Of a DNA stretch of 64,000 bases, positions 39,185 to 48,097 are shown one piece after another (the first letter of the stretch is position 1; each line of letters starts with the position of its first letter). The notes beneath the pieces were generated by a model that did not search any database, was not told the origin of the DNA, and was given only the letters and a program-made list of their open reading frames with translations. Origin of the DNA: Minisyncoccota bacterium (GTDB lineage: Bacteria; Patescibacteriota; Minisyncoccia; Phycocordibacterales; UBA9973); the NCBI GenBank assembly GCA_041667145.1, contig JBAYFP010000004.1, forward strand, positions 9,100-73,099. Reading direction: 5' to 3'. Made by a program: the position numbers and the translations under genes.

Positions 39185-40087
39185 ATGAATAAAATAGTGG
39201 TCACCCAAGATTTGGGCTTGAATGACGAAGAAAGAGAAAAACTAAATAAACTTGGTGAAGTTAAATATTACGAAGATTTACCAAAAACACCAGAAGAATG
39301 GTTAGAAAGATGTAAAAATGCTGATGTTATTTGTTCTGGTAAATTTGGGTTAAAACTTAAATATCAAGAATTAGAAAATGCTTTTTTGTCCTTGCCTTTT
39401 GTTGCAACAGACTTTTTAAATAGAGATATATTAAAGGATAGAAATATAAAAGTTTCGAATTGTCCTGGGTGCAACAAAGAAGCTGTAAGTGAGTGGATAA
39501 TTGCAATGGTTCTTGATTTGTTAAGAGATTTACCAAACTGGATAAATAGAAAAGAATCTGACAGTATCCCAAAAGAAACAAAGGGATTAGTTGGTAAAAA
39601 TATTACAATTTTAGGTAAGGGTAATGTTGGGTCTAGGGTTGGTAAAATATGTGAAGCATTGGAAATGAATGTTAAATATTTTACAAAGAATGATAATCTA
39701 ATTGAATCTATAAAAGATGCTGATGTGATAGTTGATACCTTAGGTTCAAATGAGACAACCAAAGGTTTACTAAATAAAGAATTCTTTAATTCTTTTAAAA
39801 AGGGTTCGTATTTTATAACTGTAACTAGCCCTAAAATATATGATATAGAAGCGATGATTGAAGCTTTAGATAAAAATATTTTAGCAGGTGTTGCTAGTGA
39901 TTGTGCTTCAATACAAGTCGGTGATGTTAATGATCCTTTCTATATTAAACTAGCTAATCATCCAAAGGTTTTAGCTACTCCACATATAGCTTATAATACT
40001 GATGCAACTGATAGAAAAGCTAGCAAAATGATGATTGATAATATTGAAGCTTATTTGAAGGGGGTGCCTATAAATCTAGTTGAATAG
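39185..40087 (+). CDS. D-isomer 2-hydroxyacid dehydrogenase family protein
   Basis: AVSE, G.G.VG, T.GL.N, TPHIA. Confidence 0.9.
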   Translation: MNKIVVTQDLGLNDEEREKLNKLGEVKYYEDLPKTPEEWLERCKNADVICSGKFGLKLKYQELENAFLSLPFVATDFLNRDILKDRNIKVSNCPGCNKEAVSEWIIAMVLDLLRDLPNWINRKESDSIPKETKGLVGKNITILGKGNVGSRVGKICEALEMNVKYFTKNDNLIESIKDADVIVDTLGSNETTKGLLNKEFFNSFKKGSYFITVTSPKIYDIEAMIEALDKNILAGVASDCASIQVGDVNDPFYIKLANHPKVLATPHIAYNTDATDRKASKMMIDNIEAYLKGVPINLVE

Positions 40088-40099
40088 TTTTATGATATC

Positions 40100-40129
40100 A
40101 AAAAAGAGCAACAAGGGTTGCTCTTTTTT
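40100..40129 (+). terminator. Intrinsic terminator
   Basis: aaaaagagcaac-aagg-gttgctcttttt. Confidence 0.85.
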
Positions 40130-40203
40130 ATATAACTTGTAGCTTTGTGGGTCACGCTTAGTACATAACTAAATGGGTCATCAAAACTAACAGGTTGTCA
40201 ATG

Positions 40204-40288
40204 CGGAGGCGGTGAGATTCGAACTCACGGTGCCTTTCGACACTCCGGTTTTCAGGACCGGTGCACTAAACCGCTATGCGACGCCTCC
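40204..40288 (-). tRNA. tRNA-Ser (TGA)
   Basis: Anticodon arm ccggt-CCTGAAA-accgg; long variable arm. Confidence 0.94.
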
Positions 40289-40335
40289 CATCTACGCTTC
40301 ATAACATTACTTTATTTAAAGTGTTTTTTCAAGTT

Positions 40336-40575
40336 TTATTTTTTAGGTAAAATTCCTTGCAGGGATTTTTGGATATCACTTATTTTCTTTTTAGCGATAA
40401 AAAAGATGTAGAAAATTTCAAGAATCCCAAAGGTATTCACTATCATAAGAATGACAAACCACCACTTTTCATTTCTTTTTGATGCAGTCCAAAGTGAATA
40501 AGCTTTCCAAGGAAGAACCCAGAAAATAGTTATTAGTAATATTATTAAATTCTCGTTTGTTAATTGGTACATCAT
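40336..40575 (-). CDS. DUF5652-like small membrane protein
   Basis: W..PWK...LW.A......WF....VNT.GILE. Confidence 0.85.
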   Translation of the reverse strand: MMYQLTNENLIILLITIFWVLPWKAYSLWTASKRNEKWWFVILMIVNTFGILEIFYIFFIAKKKISDIQKSLQGILPKK

Positions 40576-40621
40576 ATAAAAATAATATCAGAAAAATCTA
40601 TTTTATGCTAGTATTCCTCGT

Positions 40622-41077
40622 ATGAGTATTAGAAGATTTCTAGGAATTGATTATGGAACAAAAAGAATAGGTGTGGCTATTTCAGACGAAGAAAGAGTTT
40701 TGGCTTTTCCAAGGGAAATCGTATTGAATGATCTAAACACCTTAGATAAATTAGGGGAAATTATAAAAGAAGAGAATATTGGAGAAATCGTGGTAGGGGA
40801 GTCAGTAGACTTTTCGGGGAAATTGAATGTTTTGTCTGCAAGGATTGATGTTTTTATTTTAGAACTCAAAGATAAGTTTAATCTACCTATTCATAAGCAG
40901 AAAGAATTCTTAACTTCAGTGGAAGCTCGTAAGGCAGGGGATAGTAAAAAAAGTTTGAATCAATCACAAGCTCATAGTAAAATAAAACAGATTAAAAGTG
41001 GGAGGATAGATGCATCAGCCGCCGCTTTGATATTGCAGAGATATTTAGATCGAAGATCCCGACAAATAGAGGGATAA
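40622..41077 (+). CDS. ruvX: YqgF/RuvX family nuclease
   Basis: GIDYGTKRIGVAISD, EFLTS, D..AA.LILQ.YL. Confidence 0.92.
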   Translation: MSIRRFLGIDYGTKRIGVAISDEERVLAFPREIVLNDLNTLDKLGEIIKEENIGEIVVGESVDFSGKLNVLSARIDVFILELKDKFNLPIHKQKEFLTSVEARKAGDSKKSLNQSQAHSKIKQIKSGRIDASAAALILQRYLDRRSRQIEG

Positions 41078-41100
41078 AATAAATAATGTAAAAAAATAAG

Positions 41101-41430
41101 ATGATAAATATAGAAGATTTTAAAAAAGTTGATATTGTAGTTGGAGAAATATTGTCAGCAGAAAAAGTTCCTGATACAGATAAATTATTAAAATTATCTG
41201 TTGATTTAGCTGAAGAGAAACCAAGACAAATAGTTTCTGGTATTTCTTTGTATTTTCCAGATTGTAGTGTTTTGGTTGGTAAAAAATGTATGTTTATCGC
41301 TAATCTCGAAACGAGAGTGATTCGTGGCATAGAAAGCCAAGGGATGATATTGGCTGTTTCTACTTCAGATGATAAATTTTCTTTACTCGAGCCAAATGGT
41401 GAAATTCCTGTTGGCACGCGAGCAAGATAA
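41101..41430 (+). CDS. tRNA-binding domain protein (MetRS C-terminal/Trbp111-like)
   Basis: DKLL.L.VD..E..RQIVSGI, NL..R..RG..SQGM. Confidence 0.9.
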   Translation: MINIEDFKKVDIVVGEILSAEKVPDTDKLLKLSVDLAEEKPRQIVSGISLYFPDCSVLVGKKCMFIANLETRVIRGIESQGMILAVSTSDDKFSLLEPNGEIPVGTRAR

Positions 41431-41447
41431 AGAGTATAATATTGTAT

Positions 41448-42530
41448 ATGTTTAGAGATTTATTTAATAGATTTTTTCCTACACCCAAATTTCTCGTGTT
41501 GCCTTCTTTCGGTTTAGATATCTCAGATGAATCTATAAAATATATAGAATTAATAAAAACAAAAAATGGAATTAAGGTGAATCGTTATGGAGAGAAAAAA
41601 ATTCCAATGGGTGTTATCGAATCAGGTAAGATCAAAGATACCAAACGTATGGGCGGTATTTTGACATCTTTGAGAAATGAAGAAGGGTTGAAATCTGTTC
41701 GTGTCTCTTTACCAGAAGAACAAGTCTATCTTTTTAATTTAAAATTAGAAAAATTAGGTTTGGAAAGTATTAGGGAGGGGATAGAGCTTTCTCTTGAAGA
41801 ATATATTCCAGTTCCTGCTGAAGATGCCATATTTGATTACGAAATTTTGAGTGAGAATGAACAGACTTTTAAATTACAGGTTGCTGCTATCCCTAAAAAT
41901 GTTATTGAAGAGTATTTATCGGTTTTTAAAAATTCTCTCATATCTGCAAAATCTTTTGAGCTTGAAGCACAAGCTGTAGCTAGGTGTGTCATTAAAAAAG
42001 GAGATTTGGAAACATATATGTTGGTAGATTTTGGGAAAAAACGCACGGGGATATTCATAGTTTCTGGGGGGATCGTAGTATTTACTTCTACTTTAGATAT
42101 GGGGGGGTTTATGCTTACTAGCATGATAGAGAAAAATTTCAAAATAAGTTTTGAGGAAGCAGAGAAAAGAAAAAAAGAATTTGGTTTGAAACGTGACCCC
42201 GCTAATGCAGAAGTGTTTTCTGTGCTTTTAAATGGTGTCTCTATTTTACGTGATGAAATAGCAAAACATTTTTTATATTGGCATACACACAAAGATGAAG
42301 AGGGGAAAGATAGGCCGATAATAAAAAAAGTGATTCTTTCTGGTGGAGATTCTAATCTTATAGGACTTTCTGAATATTTTTCTGTAAGTATGAAAACTCC
42401 AGTGGAGATAGCTAATGTTTGGGTCAATATATTACAAGCAGGAGAATACATCCCAGACATAGATTTAGATGAATCGTTAACATTTGCAACAGCCCTAGGA
42501 CTTGCCTTGGGGGATTTTGAACATGATTAA
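41448..42530 (+). CDS. pilM: Type IV pilus assembly protein PilM
   Basis: GLDISD.SIK, VDFG...T, LSGG, A.GLAL. Confidence 0.88.
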   Translation: MFRDLFNRFFPTPKFLVLPSFGLDISDESIKYIELIKTKNGIKVNRYGEKKIPMGVIESGKIKDTKRMGGILTSLRNEEGLKSVRVSLPEEQVYLFNLKLEKLGLESIREGIELSLEEYIPVPAEDAIFDYEILSENEQTFKLQVAAIPKNVIEEYLSVFKNSLISAKSFELEAQAVARCVIKKGDLETYMLVDFGKKRTGIFIVSGGIVVFTSTLDMGGFMLTSMIEKNFKISFEEAEKRKKEFGLKRDPANAEVFSVLLNGVSILRDEIAKHFLYWHTHKDEEGKDRPIIKKVILSGGDSNLIGLSEYFSVSMKTPVEIANVWVNILQAGEYIPDIDLDESLTFATALGLALGDFEHD

Positions 42531-43065
42531 TTTAATTCCAAATGAAGAAAAGAAGGAAATGTCTAGAGATTTTTATCTCAGGCTTATAACCGTATCATTT
42601 AGTATGATCGGGATATCTTTTTTTATTGCTTCTATTTTAATTTTACCATCTTATTTTCTTTCTTCAGTGGAGGAGAACGCTATCAATGCAAAATTAGAAT
42701 TACAGAAAAATGAACCGATTCCTGTTCCTGACCAAGGCACTCTAATTACGATTAATGATTTAAAGGGTAAATTAGGTTTAATTGAAAATATACAAAAAAG
42801 TAAGATTATTTTTTCTCAAAGGATAATTAATGAAATAATATTAAAGAAAATTCCTAGTATTAAGATTACAAACATTTCCTATCAAAACAATTTACCAACA
42901 AACGAGAAAATAAATATCAGCGGCAGAGCTCCAAATCGTGAAGTTTTACTATCATTTCGTCGCGCACTCGAGAATAATATAGCTTTTTCAAAAGTCGATT
43001 TACCAATTTCCAATTTTGTTAAGGGCTCTGATATTAGGTTTAGTTTAAGTTTGATTCCATCATAA
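42523..43065 (+). CDS. PilN-like protein
   Basis: MINLIP motif, TM; follows pilM. Confidence 0.8.
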   Translation: MINLIPNEEKKEMSRDFYLRLITVSFSMIGISFFIASILILPSYFLSSVEENAINAKLELQKNEPIPVPDQGTLITINDLKGKLGLIENIQKSKIIFSQRIINEIILKKIPSIKITNISYQNNLPTNEKINISGRAPNREVLLSFRRALENNIAFSKVDLPISNFVKGSDIRFSLSLIPS

Positions 43066-43069
43066 TTAT

Positions 43070-43594
43070 ATGCAATTCCTTAATCAAAAAAAATCTTTTA
43101 TCTTTTCTGTAATATTTTTTGTCTGTTCTGTTTTGGGATTTTTTTTCTTGTATGGAATTATAAATGATAAGAAAGAATCGACATTATTAGCACAAGAAAC
43201 GTGGCAGATAGAATCTTCAAAGAGGAATGATGTGAGGTCTCTTATTAATTCAGTAAAAACAACCGCCGGAGAGAGGGCGCTACTCGATACATATTTTATT
43301 AGGAGTTCTAACGTTGTGCCATTTTTAGATACTATCGAAAGATTGGCAAAGGAGGTGAATGTCGGTGCTGAGGTAACATCTGTAGATATTGCTAAAGATA
43401 ATTCTTCACTTTTAGTTGGTATGAAAGCTACGGGGGGTTTCCAAATGATTTATAAATTTATAAATCTTTTAGAAAATTCTCAATATATTCTTGAATTTAT
43501 TTCAGTTGATATTCAAAATTCAAGTACTACTGTTGGTAAAACCTCACAATGGACAGCTGATTTTAAGATAAAACTTTTGAGTTTTAATAATTAA
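43070..43594 (+). CDS. PilO-like protein
   Basis: TM; G.F.....F...LE motif; operon position. Confidence 0.75.
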   Translation: MQFLNQKKSFIFSVIFFVCSVLGFFFLYGIINDKKESTLLAQETWQIESSKRNDVRSLINSVKTTAGERALLDTYFIRSSNVVPFLDTIERLAKEVNVGAEVTSVDIAKDNSSLLVGMKATGGFQMIYKFINLLENSQYILEFISVDIQNSSTTVGKTSQWTADFKIKLLSFNN

Positions 43595-43601
43595 TAAATT
43601 T

Positions 43602-43913
43602 ATGAATTTTAATTTAAAGTTTTTAAAAAAGAAAAAAAAGTTTAGAAAGGGGGGTTCGGGGATAAAACCAGACCTTTATTGGAGATATATTCTTTGCATG
43701 ACATTTGCGTTAGTTTTGATTTTTTGTATTTTTGGTTTTTATTTTTTTATGGAGATAAATAAAGAGTCAGTCTCTTTATTCCCTGGTGTCAGTGGAAAGG
43801 AAACAATAAAAAAAGAAAGGATTGATAAAGTATTAGAATATTTTAAAGAACGTGAAAAAAAGTCTGTTGAAATAATAAATTCTCCAGCACTCATTATTGA
43901 CCCATCGTTGTAA
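43602..43913 (+). CDS. Hypothetical single-TM protein
   Basis: End of the pil operon. Confidence 0.7.
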   Translation: MNFNLKFLKKKKKFRKGGSGIKPDLYWRYILCMTFALVLIFCIFGFYFFMEINKESVSLFPGVSGKETIKKERIDKVLEYFKEREKKSVEIINSPALIIDPSL

Positions 43914-43940
43914 AAATGCTAATTTAAATAGGTATTTAAT

Positions 43941-44013
43941 GCGCGGTTAGCTCAGTTGGTAGAGCGCTTCATTTACACTGAAGATGTCGGGGGTTCGAGC
44001 CCTCCACCGCGCA
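43941..44013 (+). tRNA. tRNA-Val (TAC)
   Basis: Anticodon arm cttca-TTTACAC-tgaag. Confidence 0.94.
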
Positions 44014-44015
44014 CA

Positions 44016-44038
44016 CCCACGCTTATGGCGGGGCAAGT
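44016..44038 (+). repeat. Short REP-like element between two tRNAs
   Basis: cccacgcttatggcggggcaagt; near-identical to the murB copy. Confidence 0.8.
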
Positions 44039-44039
44039 A

Positions 44040-44111
44040 GCCCTCGTAGTTCAATGGATAGAACAAGGCTCTTCTAAGGCCTTGATGTAGGTTCGATTCC
44101 TACCGAGGGCA
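44040..44111 (+). tRNA. tRNA-Arg (TCT)
   Basis: Anticodon arm aggct-CTTCTAA-ggcct. Confidence 0.94.
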
Positions 44112-44117
44112 CACACA

Positions 44118-44897
44118 ATGAAAATTGAGGTTTTATATGAAGATAAAGATATTTTAGCTATAGATAAGCCGTCTGGTATTTTGGTACACCCCGTACCAGA
44201 ACAAGTTCGGTACGGGGCAGGTCCAGATAAAGAAACTGTTATAGACATATTTAAGAAAAAATATCCCAAACTAGAAATCGTGCATAGATTGGATAAAGAA
44301 ACTTCCGGTGTTTTACTTTTGGCAAAAAATAAAAAAGCACATGAGTTTTTAAAAGATCAATTCAAGAACAGAGAAATAAAAAAAACTTATAATGCTGTCG
44401 TTTCAGGGAATGTAAAAAATGATCATGCCACAATAAATAAACCGATAGGCAGAAGTCCAAAAGATTTTCGTAGACGTCTCGCTGGGCGTGGAGTGAGGGG
44501 GGAACTTCGTGAAGCTATCACTGAGTACAGAGTTTTGAAAAGGTTTGAAACGCAAGCGGAGCATCATAAGATTTTTTATGTGCGAGGGTCCCAACCCGTA
44601 CTCGGGGAAGGGCGCAGTGCTAAAAAATCTTATGATGCTCCGCTGAAGTTTACCTACCTAGAAATTCATCCTAAAACTGGTAGGACACATCAGATCCGTG
44701 TTCATATGAAATTTATAAATCACCCAGTAGCTTGTGATTCTTTGTATAATCCAGATGGTCCATGTTTAGAAGGGTTCAAAAGACTAGCTCTTCACGCGAA
44801 ATCCATAGAGTTCAAAGATCTCAAAGGTAAAATAATAAAAGTGGAATCACTGTTACCGAAAGAATTCAAGAAAATTTTGTTACTAAAAGATAAATAA
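44118..44897 (+). CDS. RluA family pseudouridine synthase, with two in-frame inserts
   Basis: KPSG..VH, HRLDKETSG, TGRTHQIRVH, LHA. Confidence 0.95.
   Translation: MKIEVLYEDKDILAIDKPSGILVHPVPEQVRYGAGPDKETVIDIFKKKYPKLEIVHRLDKETSGVLLLAKNKKAHEFLKDQFKNREIKKTYNAVVSGNVKNDHATINKPIGRSPKDFRRRLAGRGVRGELREAITEYRVLKRFETQAEHHKIFYVRGSQPVLGEGRSAKKSYDAPLKFTYLEIHPKTGRTHQIRVHMKFINHPVACDSLYNPDGPCLEGFKRLALHAKSIEFKDLKGKIIKVESLLPKEFKKILLLKDK
44189..44222 (+). repeat. REP-like hairpin in frame in the rluA-family gene (PVPEQVRYGAG)
   Basis: ccccgtacc-a-gaac-aa-gttc-ggtacgggg-caggt. Confidence 0.88.
44555..44644. repeat. 90-bp palindromic element in frame in the rluA-family gene
   Basis: Perfect 24-bp IR agcggagcatcataagatttttta / taaaaaatcttatgatgctccgct; 90 bp equals 30 codons. 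Confidence 0.92.
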
Positions 44898-44911
44898 AAA
44901 AAGGAATATTT

Positions 44912-45076
44912 CTATCCCTTTTTCATAACTTCATAATAAATTGGCTTAAACTTCCCAAAAGGGAAGCTTTCCTTCGCCCTTTCTTTCCATTTTTTTACCT
45001 GTGAACGGGCTTCTTTTTTATCTTTACATTTCTTGATGTAAAGTGTCCCATTCACGTTTAAAATAACTAGAATCAT
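44912..45076 (-). CDS. Small hypothetical protein (54 aa), missing from the ORF track
   Basis: MILVILNVNG...MKKG*; AAGGAG Shine-Dalgarno upstream. Confidence 0.6.
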   Translation of the reverse strand: MILVILNVNGTLYIKKCKDKKEARSQVKKWKERAKESFPFGKFKPIYYEVMKKG

Positions 45077-45182
45077 AACTACTCCTTTATATTTATAAAT
45101 TCAAAAGAAATAATAATGCGTGTCTTTTTTGAATTTACACCCCGTAATAGCAAAAGTCAAAATAATGTATAATATATGAGTA

Positions 45183-46886
45183 GTGGATACAGAAACTAAA
45201 AATTGCCAAAATTGCAAGAAAGACTTTACAATAGAGCCGGAAGATTTTAAATTTTATGAAAAAATAAACGTGCCAGCACCTACATGGTGTCCAGAATGTC
45301 GTGCTATGCGGCGTTTTTCTTTTATGAATGTTTGGAGTCTTTATAAAAGAATTTGTGCTAAATGTGGAGGTGATACTTTATCAGTTTATTCTTTAGATAA
45401 GCCTAATATTGTGTATTGTAACCCTTGTTGGTGGGGTGATTCTTGGGATGGCAGGGAATACGGAATGGATTATGATCCCACTAGATCTTTTTTTGATCAA
45501 CTATATGAGTTGTTTTTAAAAACACCATGGCAAGCTCTTGATAATGAATATGTTAGTAATAAAAATAGTAAATATGTGAATGGTGTTGCCTATCAAAAAG
45601 ATTGTTATATGAATTTTTGGGCAGATTTTTGTGAAAATGTTTTTTATTCATCTTATGAAAATCATTTGAAGGATTCTGTTGATTGTTTGAGAATGATCGA
45701 TTCAGAACTTTGCTATGAGTCCATAGGGTGCAACAAATGTTATCGCGCATTCTTTTCAGAAGAATGTGATTCTTGCACGGATGTTTGGTTTTCACGTGCT
45801 TGTTCTGGATTAGTGAATTGTTTCGGCTGTATAAATTTAAGAAATAAAAGTTATTGCATCTGGAATGAACAATATACCCGTGAAGATTATTTTAAAAAAT
45901 TAAAAGAGTTTTCTATTGATTCTAGAAAGATGTTAGATCAGTTAAGAAAAACTGCTTTTGAATTTTGGATGAAATATCCGAATAGATTTTACATTGGTAA
46001 TAGTCTAAATGTAAATGTTTCTGGGAACTACATATATGAATCAAAAAATACCCACGATTCATATCTTGTTTTATCTGTAGAGGATTCTCGTTTTGTTCAA
46101 TTTGTCAGTGTGGCTTCCACTAAAGGTTGTTATGATTATACTGGTTGGGGAAACGGAGTAGAAAAAATTTATGAGTCTTCGGTTGTAGGAGAAGGAGCTA
46201 ATAACATTAGGTTTTCTCATCAATGCTGGCCCGATGTCTTAGATATAGAATATTCTATTTATGCTAACGCTTGCAAGAATGTGTTTGGTTGTGTCAATCT
46301 CAAAAAGAAAAAATATTGTATCTTAAATAAAGAATATACAAAAGAGGAATACGAAAAACTTAAGAACAAAATCATAGAAGATATGAAAAAGAATCCATAT
46401 ATAGATGAAAAAGGGAGGGTTTGGGCTTATGGAGAATTTTTGCCATTGAAATTTGCACCTTTCGCTTACAATGAGACGATTGCAGGTAATTTTTTTCCAA
46501 TGACAGAGGAGGAGGCTTTGAATAAAGGTTTTAAATGGCAGGAGAGTAAAGAAAATGAGTATAAAATTACAAAAAAAACAGAAAGTTTACCCGATACTAT
46601 ATTAGAAACAGAAGATTCAATTTTGAATGATGTTTTTGCTTGCTCGTCGTGTGATAGGGCTTATCGTTTTACTTTGGGTGAATTAAATTTAATGAAAAAA
46701 CTCTCTTTACCTCTTCCTCGAGAATGTTTTAATTGTAGACAAAGTTTTCGTTTGACTCGTGTGAACTTACCTAAATTATATGAAAGAGATTGTCAAAAAT
46801 GCGGGAATAAGATAAAAACTTCTTATGCTCCTGACAGACCTGAGATTGTTTATTGTGTTAAATGTTACCAGCAAGAATTCGCTTAA
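45183..46886 (+). CDS. CPR-type Cys-rich repeat protein (paralog of 3632-5347)
   Basis: Same terminal motifs and Cys periodicity; GTG start. Confidence 0.85.
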   Translation: MDTETKNCQNCKKDFTIEPEDFKFYEKINVPAPTWCPECRAMRRFSFMNVWSLYKRICAKCGGDTLSVYSLDKPNIVYCNPCWWGDSWDGREYGMDYDPTRSFFDQLYELFLKTPWQALDNEYVSNKNSKYVNGVAYQKDCYMNFWADFCENVFYSSYENHLKDSVDCLRMIDSELCYESIGCNKCYRAFFSEECDSCTDVWFSRACSGLVNCFGCINLRNKSYCIWNEQYTREDYFKKLKEFSIDSRKMLDQLRKTAFEFWMKYPNRFYIGNSLNVNVSGNYIYESKNTHDSYLVLSVEDSRFVQFVSVASTKGCYDYTGWGNGVEKIYESSVVGEGANNIRFSHQCWPDVLDIEYSIYANACKNVFGCVNLKKKKYCILNKEYTKEEYEKLKNKIIEDMKKNPYIDEKGRVWAYGEFLPLKFAPFAYNETIAGNFFPMTEEEALNKGFKWQESKENEYKITKKTESLPDTILETEDSILNDVFACSSCDRAYRFTLGELNLMKKLSLPLPRECFNCRQSFRLTRVNLPKLYERDCQKCGNKIKTSYAPDRPEIVYCVKCYQQEFA

Positions 46887-46925
46887 TTTGCCTTTGAAGC
46901 TCGTTTATGTTAGATTAAAATAACT

Positions 46926-47333
46926 ATGGCAGGAAATAAAGTAGATAAAACAAAACTCAGTCCAGTAAATATTGAGGAAAGAAAAAAGCTAGATTTTAGT
47001 GCTGGAGACACTGTCCGTGTCTGGTCTAAGGTTCTAGATGAAAAAGGTAAAATACGTTTACAGGCTTTTGAAGGTATCGTACTTGCCCGTAAGCATGGGA
47101 CAGAGATAGGTGCTACCTTTACTGTTCGCAGAGTCGCTTCTGGTGTTGGCGTAGAAAGAATTTTCCCATTATATTCTCCAGCGATTGATAAAATAGAAGT
47201 CACCAAACAATCTCGTGCTCGCAAATCAAAACTTTACTATGTTCGTGCAAAAGCTGTCAAAGATGTTCGCCGAAAATTACGCTCAGTAGTTTCTCAAGAG
47301 GATGAAGTAGTTACAGAAGAAGCAGCTAAATAA
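46926..47333 (+). CDS. rplS: 50S ribosomal protein L19
   Basis: F.AGDTVRV, RLQAFEG.V, GVGVERIFP. Confidence 0.96.
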   Translation: MAGNKVDKTKLSPVNIEERKKLDFSAGDTVRVWSKVLDEKGKIRLQAFEGIVLARKHGTEIGATFTVRRVASGVGVERIFPLYSPAIDKIEVTKQSRARKSKLYYVRAKAVKDVRRKLRSVVSQEDEVVTEEAAK

Positions 47334-47340
47334 AAACCTA

Positions 47341-47376
47341 AAAATAAAAACCTCAGGAAGCTGAGGTTTTTATTTT
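47341..47376 (+). terminator. Intrinsic terminator
   Basis: aaaaacctcag-gaag-ctgaggttttt. Confidence 0.85.
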
Positions 47377-47402
47377 ATTTAATTATGCTAAAATCAAAAA
47401 AT

Positions 47403-47484
47403 GCCCAGGTGGAGAAACTGGTAGACTTACTACCTTGAGGTGGTAGCGCCGAAAGGCATGGGGGTTCGAGTCCCCCCCTGGGCA
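47403..47484 (+). tRNA. tRNA-Leu (GAG)
   Basis: Anticodon arm ctacc-TTGAGGT-ggtag; variable arm. Confidence 0.93.
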
Positions 47485-47597
47485 CATCGTTTAATTTGTT
47501 TTTATTTATACCCTTATTTTGTTTGACTTAAATATTGTGACGTGGTATATATGATCCATAATCCACATAGTTAGTTCATCAATAATTAAGGACATTT

Positions 47598-48011
47598 ATG
47601 TCAAAAGATACAGGTACTCTGATTCTTGAAGGGTCAGAGAAGTTGACACCTGCACAGAGAGCTGAGATTCTCTCTGTTGTTAGCGAAGAATTAAGAGCGT
47701 TTCTTGAGGATTGCGATAGTCGTAGGGAAACCGCCTCTGAATATATTGGTAGCGGTAAATTTTCTGAATCTCGTGAGAAAGGGTCTCAGAGTGATGAGGG
47801 TTTAATTCTTCTTCATAGATCCTCTGAGAGAGTTTCTGTATTATCAAGAATAAAAAAACGGTTGGAGCAGGAAGATCCGACCTATGGGTTGTGTTCGTAT
47901 ACAGATAAATCTAAAAATGTATGTGGCAAACCCATAGACCCAAATGTTCTTAAAATAATTCCTGAAGCTTCAAGATGCCCAGAGTGTATCTTGAAGTCGG
48001 AGGAAAAATAG
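47598..48011 (+). CDS. DksA/TraR C4 zinc-finger protein
   Basis: Coiled coil, then YG.C..CG..I...L...P.A..C..C. Confidence 0.8.
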   Translation: MSKDTGTLILEGSEKLTPAQRAEILSVVSEELRAFLEDCDSRRETASEYIGSGKFSESREKGSQSDEGLILLHRSSERVSVLSRIKKRLEQEDPTYGLCSYTDKSKNVCGKPIDPNVLKIIPEASRCPECILKSEEK

Positions 48012-48037
48012 AAAAAAATCGTTGTAAAAAAGTTTTG

Positions 48038-48069
48038 TAACCCCGTTCTAGGATCTAGGACGGGGTTAT
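48038..48069. repeat. CCCCGT...ACGGGG hairpin (REP-like or terminator)
   Basis: taaccccgt-tctaggatctagg-acggggtta. Confidence 0.6.
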
Positions 48070-48097
48070 CTTATTTTTAGTGTGATATAATTTGAAT

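Larger units (their letters stand above)
24990..40203. mobile_element. Putative genomic island at the 3' side of tRNA-Ser (left boundary uncertain, 22.5-25 kb)
   Basis: Large serine recombinase, orphan methyltransferases, hypotheticals, adjacent tRNA; no clear att duplication seen. Confidence 0.6.

Noticed and set aside
40140-40215. attR duplication of the tRNA-Ser 3' end at the left island edge
   Set aside because: Only short matches seen (atgcgg, ttgtgggtc near 25.0-25.1 kb); not significant
41837-42460. 207-aa antisense ORF and similar shadow ORFs in the track
   Set aside because: Fully antisense to well-supported genes, with no motifs
3632-46886. Diversity-generating retroelement TR/VR pair between the Cys-rich paralogs
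   Set aside because: Differences are not adenine-specific and no reverse transcriptase is present
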